From: Bellilinea caldifistulae
Lineage (GTDB): Bacteria; Chloroflexota; Anaerolineae; Anaerolineales; Anaerolineaceae
Reading direction: 5' to 3'
NCBI RefSeq assembly: GCF_001306055.1
Contig: NZ_LGHJ01000018.1
Location: 90,001-122,000, forward strand
DNA length: 32,000 nt
Part shown: positions 1-6,554 of the stretch, in pieces
How the letters are laid out: each line of letters begins with the position of its first letter
Position numbering within the stretch: position 1 is the stretch's first letter
Made by a program: the position numbers and the translations under genes
Notes under the pieces: generated by a model
What the model was told of the DNA's origin: nothing
What the model saw: only the letters and a program-made list of their open reading frames with translations
Database searches by the model: none

Positions 1-828
1 CGGCAGCACAGCCGGCATTTACCCAATGCCCGAAAACAACTTCGCCAGAAATCGCAGGAAGTTCCGATATCGCCACCGGAATTGACTATTGTGACGCTGG
101 GCAGAATCCAAATTTCGCTCGGAGACCACATGATTACAGGTATGGAGTGGCGCTCTCAAACAGCCCGTGATTTGATGCTGTTGTTGATGCTTCACCCCGA
201 AGGTCTAACCAAAGAACAGGTCGGACTGATCTTCTGGCCGGATATCAGTCCGGGTGAATTGAAGATCCGATTCAAGAATACTATTTACCGATTACGCCAC
301 GCTGCCGGCAAAGATGTGGTGGTTTTTGAAGACGACATTTACTACTTCAACCGCGCCATGGATTACGAGGCGGATTTTGAGACGTTTAATCGCGAAATTC
401 AACTTGCCGGGCTTGCCCGAAAGCCAGAACAGGAAATTGAGCATTATCGTCATGCGATTGAACTGTATAAAGGCGAATTCTTGCCGGAAATTAACGAGGA
501 ATGGGTCGTTGTCGAAAGGGAGCGTCTGCACCAAAAGTACATTACCGCTTTGAGGCGATTGGCCGAGTTGTATCTGGAGACTTCTCAACCGGTGGAAGCG
601 CTGGCGTTTGCCAATAGATACCTTCAATATGATCCTCTCAATGAAGGTGTTCACCAGCTGATTATGCGATGTTATGCCAGCATGGGGAATGTCAACATGG
701 TGATCAAGCAATACCAGACATTGAATTTCATACTGGAAAGTGAGCTGGGCGCTCAGCCGAGTCCGCAAACAATCTCACTTTATGATTTACTAACCCGCAA
801 CCGTCGCAAGACTGAGAACGATCATTGA
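1..828 (+). CDS. SARP-family (winged-helix + BTAD) transcriptional regulator; possibly 5'-truncated by the window edge
   Basis: Frame 1 has no stop from base 1 to the TTG at 82, so the CDS may begin upstream of the window. The translation shows an OmpR/PhoB-type winged helix (RSQTARDLMLLLMLHPEGLTKEQVGLIFWPD...KNTIYRLRHA). A BTAD-like helical domain follows (AIELYKGEFLPE..EWVVVERERLHQKY...DPLNEGVHQLIMRCYASMGN...LESELGAQPSPQT). This is the AfsR/DnrI/EmbR-type architecture. Confidence 0.8.
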   Translation, partial: RQHSRHLPNARKQLRQKSQEVPISPPELTIVTLGRIQISLGDHMITGMEWRSQTARDLMLLLMLHPEGLTKEQVGLIFWPDISPGELKIRFKNTIYRLRHAAGKDVVVFEDDIYYFNRAMDYEADFETFNREIQLAGLARKPEQEIEHYRHAIELYKGEFLPEINEEWVVVERERLHQKYITALRRLAELYLETSQPVEALAFANRYLQYDPLNEGVHQLIMRCYASMGNVNMVIKQYQTLNFILESELGAQPSPQTISLYDLLTRNRRKTENDH

Positions 829-844
829 TGGCTTCTTAATCAAA

Positions 845-865
845 TGTTAACATTTTGTTAACATT
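845..865 (+). promoter_or_regulatory. Tandem operator-like repeat TGTTAACATT x2 with an 11-bp period; each core TGTTAACA is a palindrome
   Basis: Read directly as aaTGTTAACATTtTGTTAACATTaaatt. Copy 1 is 845-854 and copy 2 is 856-865, one helical turn apart. It lies 17 bp after the SARP stop and about 105 bp before the ATG at 972. A weak -10-like TAAATT sits at 865-870 and there is no -35 hexamer, which fits an activator-dependent promoter. The function is inferred. Confidence 0.45.
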
Positions 866-899
866 AAATTGCCCAAAAACAGCCTCAAAACCGGTTTAC

Positions 900-919
900 G
901 GAAGCCTCTTTGGAAGCCT
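900..919 (+). repeat. Direct repeat GGAAGCCT x2 (12-bp period) in the leader of the micropeptide operon
   Basis: The copies are at 900-907 and 912-919. AGCCTCT (903-909) is the exact complement of AGAGGCT (962-968), which overlaps the Shine-Dalgarno GGAGAGG (960-966) of the ATG at 972. Confidence 0.5.
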
Positions 920-971
920 ACCCCTGATTAAACTGGATTTATCCAAACACAAGAAAAAAGGAGAGGCTGAA

Positions 972-1097
972 ATGAAAAAGATCAATTCCCGTGTTGTTTT
1001 GTTCGTTCTGACGGTTGCCCTGTATGTTCTGGGTTCTGGTGCACCGGAAGCTGGCGGCGGAATCATCAACAGCATCATCAATTTCCCGGGCTGGTAA
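972..1097 (+). CDS. 41-aa micropeptide with an N-terminal signal/anchor-like segment (hypothetical)
   Basis: The ATG at 972 lies 5 nt after GGAGAGG (960-966), and the stop TAA is at 1095-1097. The sequence is MKKINSR, then a hydrophobic stretch VVLFVLTVALYVLGSGA, then PEAGGGIINSIINFPGW. The longer 80-aa track ORF starts at a TTG inside the operator repeat with no SD, so it is less likely. I recognise no family, and whether it is coding is unproven. Confidence 0.5.
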   Translation: MKKINSRVVLFVLTVALYVLGSGAPEAGGGIINSIINFPGW

Positions 1098-1122
1098 TCT
1101 CCCTCTCAAACTTTTTGCTTGA

Positions 1123-1710
1123 ATGATACTCCTCACAGCCGTCATCGCAGGCCTGACTCTGGGTCTAATTCGAGCAAAAATCGGCAATCGCCCGTACCGT
1201 CCGTTCTCCTTTCGGTGGGGGTGGATGGTGGCGGCGGCGCTCATCCTTCAATGGCTTGCATTTGGTTTTCCGCTTACCCGAACCATTTACCCGGATGAGG
1301 CAGCCAGTATCAGTTTAGTACTTTCACAATCCATATTGCTCATTTTTGCATGGTTCAATCGGAAAATTCCCGGTTTCTGGCTTTTGACCATCGGGCTGGT
1401 GATGAACCTGCTGGTTATCAGTGCCAACGGCGGTTTTATGCCGATCAGCCCAGACACCGTCCAATGGTTGCGCGGAGACGCCGTCACGGCTGGTTGGGAG
1501 GTGGGAGAACGGTTAGGAACGGGAAAAGATGTTGTGTTGCCGGTTGAACAAACCAAACTCGAATTTCTTTCCGACCGTTTCCGAACGCCGGACAACCCCT
1601 ACTATCGGGTTGCCTTCAGTGCAGGCGATGTATTGATTGCTTTGGGTGCATTCTGGTTGTTATGGTCAGTCGGCGGCCGGTTTGAACGAAATTCGGGAAA
1701 GGAGATTTAA
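1123..1710 (+). CDS. DUF5317-family integral membrane protein
   Basis: It has about 5 hydrophobic helices and the pattern I associate with DUF5317 (PF17248): N-terminal MILLTAVIAGLTLGLIRAKIG, then ANGGFMPIS, then a C-terminal LEFLSDRF....FSAGDVLIALGAFWLLW. It starts 25 nt after the micropeptide stop. Confidence 0.75.
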   Translation: MILLTAVIAGLTLGLIRAKIGNRPYRPFSFRWGWMVAAALILQWLAFGFPLTRTIYPDEAASISLVLSQSILLIFAWFNRKIPGFWLLTIGLVMNLLVISANGGFMPISPDTVQWLRGDAVTAGWEVGERLGTGKDVVLPVEQTKLEFLSDRFRTPDNPYYRVAFSAGDVLIALGAFWLLWSVGGRFERNSGKEI

Positions 1711-1712
1711 CG

Positions 1713-2000
1713 ATGACACCTACATTGATGGATTCGAGAAAACCCACTTATCGAGATGTTTCGGAAGAATATGGACGTATTCTCACCGCGGCGGTGATCA
1801 GCGCTCAGTTTCGTCAATTGCTGCTCAGCAATCCGGCTAAGGCACTTGCGGCTGGCTTTGGCGGCGAGGCGTTTCACCTTAGCAGTGAGGATCGTTCACG
1901 TCTGGTAGCGATCCGGGCTACCTCTCTGGCTGATTTCGCTTCTCAATTGAGTGGTTACAATGCAAACCGCTCGGTTCAGTCGGCGGTGTGTGGAGATTAG
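1713..2000 (+). CDS. Small NHLP-clan / LigA-like helical protein (95 aa), function unknown
   Basis: The ATG lies 2 nt after the preceding TAA, with GGAAAGGAG inside the end of the upstream gene, so the two are translationally coupled. The segment FRQLLLSNPAKALAAGFGGEAFHLSSEDRSRLVAIRATSLADFASQL resembles the nitrile-hydratase-leader-peptide / LigA-subunit-like helical repeat (xLLxNPxxAL...LSxEExxxL). The family call is from memory and has not been searched. Confidence 0.6.
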   Translation: MTPTLMDSRKPTYRDVSEEYGRILTAAVISAQFRQLLLSNPAKALAAGFGGEAFHLSSEDRSRLVAIRATSLADFASQLSGYNANRSVQSAVCGD

Positions 2001-2022
2001 AGGTTTGTATTTTTAACAAGAA

Positions 2023-3252
2023 ATGGGGATACCGGAAACTGTTTCCCTGCCTGTGCATCGAAGCTCGCGTTTTTGCTCACAAGGAATGGACTCCATGATT
2101 ACAGGGAATCTTTATTTTGGCGGGGATTTTTTAAACCGCTTTGGGAAATTCCAATCTCCCCTCTTGACAGAGGTATGGGGGGAATCGGGCGATCTGGCTG
2201 CGCAATGGCTGCAGGTTGAAGGATCGTCCAGTTTGCTTTTTGAAATAACCGTCAAGGCAGTTGAACTGCTGGATGTCAAGCATTCTCAGGTTCTTGTCTT
2301 ATGTGCGGATGGGACCTTTCACCGACAGGCATTTTATCAGGCTCAAACTTTGTTGAGCCGTTCCAATGGAGTTTTACGCAATTATCCACGTCTGAATCAT
2401 TTTCTTCAAAAAGTTGTGCTTAGCGATGGACCAGTTCTGATCGGGTATCGAGATGCTTTTTTAGGTGTGGAAGAACGGCGGGTATTGAAGCTGCAAGCCA
2501 ACGAAAATCTGGTATTTTTCCCAATGAGGTTAGAAACCGAACCTGTTGGTATTTTTGGCCTTTGCTTCGACCGTTTTCATACGATTGAGCAGCGCTTACC
2601 GCTGGCGATGATGTTTGCCGAACAGGCTGCTCAAGCCATTCAGCGAGAGGGGCTGGCGCTAACGGAGGAGGAATCCGCCGTTGAGATTGTATTGGCGCTG
2701 GCCAAAGCGCAAGAGGCTAGAGATTTATCCACCGGCTCGCATTGCCGAAGAGTGACCCGTATGGCCGAACAGATTGCCTTGCGCATGGGTTGCACTTTTC
2801 GTGAAATTCAGGATATTCGCAGGGCAGCCCTGTTACACGATCTTGGGAAGATCGGGATCCCGGATCAGATTCTACATAAACCCGGCCCGCTCACCGAACG
2901 TGAATGGGCGGTCATGCGTCAGCACCCGGAGATTGGGGCAAGAATTTTGCGGCTGGTACATGGATTAAGCGAGGTTGCCCAACTGGTGCTGGCTCATCAT
3001 GAACGTTATGACGGCTCAGGTTATCCTTATGGATTGAGTGGGGATGCGATCCCGTTGGGTTCTCGAATTCTGGCCGTAGTGGATGCTTTCGGGGCGATGA
3101 CAACCGATCGAGTCTATCGGCCAGCGTTGTCTTTTCGGGATGCACTGGCAGAGTTAAAGCGGTGTGCGGGCACCGATTTTGATCCGAAAGTGGTGGATGT
3201 TTTCTTGGAAATGATGAACGCAGACTCGGATGGGATGGAAGATGTAGGGTGA
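2023..3252 (+). CDS. HD-GYP domain c-di-GMP phosphodiesterase with an N-terminal GAF-like sensor domain
   Basis: It has the HD motif (AALLHDLGKIGIPDQIL) and the HD-GYP signature (HHERYDGSGYPYGL), followed by DAFGAMTTDRVYR. The first ~200 aa resemble a GAF fold (ENLVFFPMRLETEPVGIFGLCFDR). An alternative start is the ATG at 2086 (MDSMITG). Confidence 0.9.
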   Translation: MGIPETVSLPVHRSSRFCSQGMDSMITGNLYFGGDFLNRFGKFQSPLLTEVWGESGDLAAQWLQVEGSSSLLFEITVKAVELLDVKHSQVLVLCADGTFHRQAFYQAQTLLSRSNGVLRNYPRLNHFLQKVVLSDGPVLIGYRDAFLGVEERRVLKLQANENLVFFPMRLETEPVGIFGLCFDRFHTIEQRLPLAMMFAEQAAQAIQREGLALTEEESAVEIVLALAKAQEARDLSTGSHCRRVTRMAEQIALRMGCTFREIQDIRRAALLHDLGKIGIPDQILHKPGPLTEREWAVMRQHPEIGARILRLVHGLSEVAQLVLAHHERYDGSGYPYGLSGDAIPLGSRILAVVDAFGAMTTDRVYRPALSFRDALAELKRCAGTDFDPKVVDVFLEMMNADSDGMEDVG

Positions 3253-3272
3253 AGTCATCCCAATCTTAAGTC

Positions 3273-3311
3273 GGGTGCCCCGTGCGAAGTGTACAGCGCG
3301 ACGGGGCACCC
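3273..3311. terminator. Hairpin terminator between convergent genes
   Basis: GGGTGCCCCGT (3273-3283) and ACGGGGCACCC (3301-3311) form a perfect 11-bp stem around a 17-nt loop. ATTTATT follows on the plus strand. The hairpin sits between the HD-GYP stop (3252) and the stop of the minus-strand gene (3336). Confidence 0.7.
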
Positions 3312-3335
3312 ATTTATTAAGACGGAGTTTGTTGG

Positions 3336-3752
3336 TCAAGTGTTAGAGGCAGCGCGGCGATTGATCAGACTGATACGGACTTCTGGCAAATCGGTATAAA
3401 GCAAATATAATGCGGAGAGGAAAATGCTGATTAAGGTCAGGGAAACGTAGGAGACATTCAGCTGAACAGCGCCGTCCACGAGAATGGAGGCGCGTGGCAT
3501 GAGCAGCATCAAGCGGCTGATGATGTTGAAACCATGAGCAAAAGAAAGCAGATACCACGGCCAGGGTTGAACTGCCCCGCGAAAAACCAGTTGAATAGCG
3601 GCGATTAATGCAAAAATTGCCAGCAATAGCGGAAGCCACCACTCCTGAGTGGCGGGTGAATAAGATTCTGGAGGAAGGAGAAGGATTGGAAAAAACTGAA
3701 TAATGAATAAAAAGATAACCACATTCGGTTGGGCAAGTTTTTTCCGCAACAT
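3336..3752 (-). CDS. Hypothetical 4-TM membrane protein
   Basis: This is a 138-aa ORF with four clear hydrophobic segments. A matching promoter lies upstream on the minus strand. I see no recognisable motif. Confidence 0.6.
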   Translation of the reverse strand: MLRKKLAQPNVVIFLFIIQFFPILLLPPESYSPATQEWWLPLLLAIFALIAAIQLVFRGAVQPWPWYLLSFAHGFNIISRLMLLMPRASILVDGAVQLNVSYVSLTLISIFLSALYLLYTDLPEVRISLINRRAASNT

Positions 3753-3807
3753 AATTGAGCAGCTCCCTGAAGGAAAATGGAAGAAGGGGGAAAGGACTTA
3801 CAGGACA

Positions 3808-3836
3808 ATCTTACAATTTGTGAGTGTAATTGTCAA
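3808..3836 (-). promoter_or_regulatory. Sigma-70-type promoter for the 3336-3752 gene
   Basis: On the minus strand: -35 TTGACA (plus coordinates 3831-3836), a 17-nt spacer, then -10 TAAGAT (3808-3813). Confidence 0.45.
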
Positions 3837-3871
3837 GCAATGCCGCCCAAAAATTAGAGGAAGTTAAACAC

Positions 3872-3900
3872 TTGACAATTTGAGCATGTTTCTCTATTAT
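3872..3900 (+). promoter_or_regulatory. Sigma-70-type promoter of the ABC importer operon
   Basis: -35 TTGACA (3872-3877), an exact 17-nt spacer, then -10 TATTAT (3895-3900). The predicted transcription start near 3907 gives a ~200-nt leader. Confidence 0.6.
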
Positions 3901-4105
3901 ATGCACTATGCAATTTCATGCAACATCGAAATTGCTGATTTCGATTAATTCCCTCTTTTTTATCATTGATATGCGAGGAGTTGCCTTTCGGGAAGGAGGT
4001 GGTATTGTTCCACACAAGTAACAGCGAAGATCGCAGGCACAGACTGGCTCTGATGCCCGATGGGGGATAAAAATTGAATAATTTTCATCATTCATTTGCC
4101 AAACT

Positions 4106-5284
4106 ATGGAGGAGAAAATGCGTTTCGTAAAGTTTTTCAGTTTGTTGATTGTAGCTGCCCTGATTCTCTCGGCGTGCGCTCAAGGCGGAAGCACCGGCGG
4201 CCAGCAGAAAGAATTGAAGGTGGCAATTTTAGCGCCTTTGTCCGGGCCAGTGCCGACCTTCGGGGTATCCACCCGTGACGGCGCCTTGATGGCGATTGAT
4301 GAATGGAACGCCAAAGGCGGTGTGTTGGGCATGAAAATTGTCCCAATTGTTGAGGACAGTCAATGCACACCTGATCCTGCGGTCAATGCGGCAAATAAGG
4401 TCATTGATCAGGATGGCGTGAAATTCATCATCGGCGAGGTGTGCTCCAAAGCATCCATTCCGGTGTCCGAAATTGCTAATGCCAAAGGTGTCATTCAAAT
4501 CAGCCCTACCTCCACCAATGAACAGGTTACGGTGGATGCGAATGGGAATGTGAAGCCCTATATCTTCCGCGCCTGTTTCATTGATCCATTCCAGGGCTTT
4601 GTCGGCGCTAAATTTGCTACGGAACAGCTGGGCGCAAAGACTGCCTTTGTCATGCTGGATCAGGCGAATGACTATGTTAAGGGTCTGGCGACCGAATTTG
4701 CAAAGAATTTCGAGATGATGGGTGGCAAGGTGGTTGGTACCGTGTCGTACACTTCCACCGATACCGACTTCTCGGTCATCCTCGGCAAGATTGCCGAAGC
4801 CAAGCCGGATGTGGTCTACCTGCCGGATTACTACAACATTGTCAATCTGGTTGCAAAGCAGGCCAAGGAAAAAGGGATCAATGTGCCCTTCATCGGTGGT
4901 GACGGTTGGGACTCTCCGGATCTGGATCTGGCGGCAGCCGCTGGTGGATATTTCACCAATCACTATTCGCCGGATGATCCGCGCCCCGAAGTGGTCAACT
5001 TCTTGAAGGCCTACGGCGAAAAGTACAAAGATGAAAGCGGCAATCCGAAAGTTCCGGATGCGCTGGCTGCTCTGGCTTACGATGCTGCCAACGTATTGCT
5101 GCAGGCGATCAATGATGCCGGTACGACCGATACTGCCAAGGTGAAAGACACCCTGGAAAAAATTACCTATAAGGGTGTTTCCGGTACCATCACCTTTGAT
5201 GCCAATCACAATCCCATCAAATCTGCCGCCTTGCTGGCAGTCAAACCTGACGGGGTCAAGTTCGAGACTATTGTCAACCCCTAA
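4106..5284 (+). CDS. ABC transporter substrate-binding lipoprotein, branched-chain amino acid (LivJ/K, type I PBP) family
   Basis: It has a signal peptide with lipobox LSAC (MRFVKFFSLLIVAALILSAC). The typical Leu/Ile/Val-binding-protein layout follows (KVAILAPLSGPVPTFG..., GVKFIIGEVCS). The true start may be the ATG at 4118, just after GGAGGAG (4108-4114). Confidence 0.9.
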   Translation: MEEKMRFVKFFSLLIVAALILSACAQGGSTGGQQKELKVAILAPLSGPVPTFGVSTRDGALMAIDEWNAKGGVLGMKIVPIVEDSQCTPDPAVNAANKVIDQDGVKFIIGEVCSKASIPVSEIANAKGVIQISPTSTNEQVTVDANGNVKPYIFRACFIDPFQGFVGAKFATEQLGAKTAFVMLDQANDYVKGLATEFAKNFEMMGGKVVGTVSYTSTDTDFSVILGKIAEAKPDVVYLPDYYNIVNLVAKQAKEKGINVPFIGGDGWDSPDLDLAAAAGGYFTNHYSPDDPRPEVVNFLKAYGEKYKDESGNPKVPDALAALAYDAANVLLQAINDAGTTDTAKVKDTLEKITYKGVSGTITFDANHNPIKSAALLAVKPDGVKFETIVNP

Positions 5285-5308
5285 TTGTGCATGGTATTAA
5301 CCAATCTG

Positions 5309-5346
5309 TGGAGGGCAACCTCGAGTTGCCCTCCATCTTTGGTTTG
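5309..5346 (+). terminator. Intra-operon hairpin / partial terminator after the binding-protein gene
   Basis: TGGAGGGCAAC (5309-5319) and GTTGCCCTCCA (5325-5335) form a perfect 11-bp stem around a 5-nt loop. The T-rich run TCTTTGGTTTG follows. Confidence 0.6.
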
Positions 5347-5408
5347 ATATTCTTTCCTTCGCTTTCATCCCAGGAGACAGGTATTCTCAATTTGGAGGTG
5401 CTCGGCCG

Positions 5409-6542
5409 ATGCAACAGGTGAGCGGTTCATCTCAAGTGGTCATTCCCGTGCCTAAAAAGAAAAAACAGCCACCCCTTGCTTGGGTTGGTCAGGGGTTTTT
5501 CATTTTACTGGGTATTGTTGTAGTGGCGATTTTAATCAGTAACCTGATCCGCCAGCCCACTTTATTTGCTCAATTTTTTATCAGTGGGTTGCAATTAGGA
5601 TTTGTGTACGCCCTGATCGCATTGGGCTACACAATGGTTTATGGAATCGTCAAATTAATCAATTTTGCTCATGGCGATGTGTTCATGGTGGGAGCCTTTG
5701 TTTCTTATTTCGCGGTGGCCCGCTTCCGGCTGCATCAGTGGCCGCTGGCAGCTTTTCCGCAAATCTCACCCGGTCTCGGTGTGGTGATCGGATCGCTTAC
5801 TGTTATCTTGCTCTCGATGGTGATTTGCTCCGCCCTGGCCATTACGATTGAGCGAGTGGCTTATAAACCCTTGCGGGATGCACCTCGCATCGCCGCTTTG
5901 ATTACCGCCATTGGTGTTTCTTTCTTTTTGGAATATTTTGGGGCTTTGAATTTTGTTTTTTCGCCTCGTTTTATCCCATATGAACGACCGTTTGAAGTGG
6001 TAGCCTGGTATATCAAGGATGGCATTCATCTGATTAAACCGGGCGAAGCGCCGCCGGATGGCGCAATTACTTTCTCAAATATTTTGTTGATTATCATCGT
6101 TGCCTCCATTCTTGTGCAAATCTTTTTACAATTTTTAGTGAGGCGAACCAAGATTGGAATTGCCATGCGGGCGTCCTCGTATGATAAGCCTGCAGCCCGA
6201 TTGATGGGCATCAATGTTGATTCGGTGATTTCCTTCACCTTTGCAATTGGGGCTGCTTTTGCCGGTCTTGGCGGGGTTTTGTATGCGATTGCGTATAGTT
6301 CAATCTGGACTCAGTTGGGTATTCTGCCCGGTCTGAAAGCCTTTGTTGCGGCAGTCTTGGGTGGGATTGGAAGTATTCCCGGTGCTTTTGTCGGAGCGTT
6401 GATCATGGGACAGGCAGAAGCCATGACGATGGGTTACATTTCAACCCCCATGCGGGATGCCGTGGCTTTTACAATCTTGATCATTGTGCTTCTCATCCGA
6501 CCGACTGGCATTTTCGGTGAACCTGAAAAAGAGAAGGTATAA
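5409..6542 (+). CDS. livH: Branched-chain amino acid ABC transporter permease (LivH family)
   Basis: GLQLGFVYALIALGYTMVYGIVKLINFAHGD is the LivH signature region. SD GGAGGTG lies 9 nt upstream of the ATG. A ~45-aa N-terminal extension carries an extra TM segment. Confidence 0.9.
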   Translation: MQQVSGSSQVVIPVPKKKKQPPLAWVGQGFFILLGIVVVAILISNLIRQPTLFAQFFISGLQLGFVYALIALGYTMVYGIVKLINFAHGDVFMVGAFVSYFAVARFRLHQWPLAAFPQISPGLGVVIGSLTVILLSMVICSALAITIERVAYKPLRDAPRIAALITAIGVSFFLEYFGALNFVFSPRFIPYERPFEVVAWYIKDGIHLIKPGEAPPDGAITFSNILLIIIVASILVQIFLQFLVRRTKIGIAMRASSYDKPAARLMGINVDSVISFTFAIGAAFAGLGGVLYAIAYSSIWTQLGILPGLKAFVAAVLGGIGSIPGAFVGALIMGQAEAMTMGYISTPMRDAVAFTILIIVLLIRPTGIFGEPEKEKV

Positions 6543-6554
6543 AGGAGAGCCCTG

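Noticed and set aside
866-971. Possible c-di-GMP (GEMM-type) riboswitch in front of the HD-GYP-containing operon
   Set aside because: I found only a loose resemblance (ACGGAAGCCUC against the ACGCAAAGCC-type block). I could not find the paired GCAAA-type block, a GNRA tetraloop/receptor arrangement or a convincing P1. It needs an Infernal scan before any claim.
3985-4012. T-box-like GGUGGUA in the importer leader
   Set aside because: Only 7 nt resemble the T-box core. There is no UGGNACC continuation, no specifier-loop/stem I features and no terminator/antiterminator pair at that position.
3901-4021. Leader peptides (15 aa from 3901; 37 aa from 3908) as classical Leu/Ile/Val attenuation peptides
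   Set aside because: The 3901 ATG probably lies upstream of the transcription start. The 37-aa frame has about 27% L/I/V with no tandem run of regulatory codons, which is not above background. They are kept only as a note inside the leader finding.
4229-5209. 326-aa ORF antisense to the ABC binding-protein gene
   Set aside because: This is a shadow ORF on the opposite strand of a well-supported, motif-bearing gene. The translation is low-complexity (I/R/G-rich) with no recognisable domain or start context.
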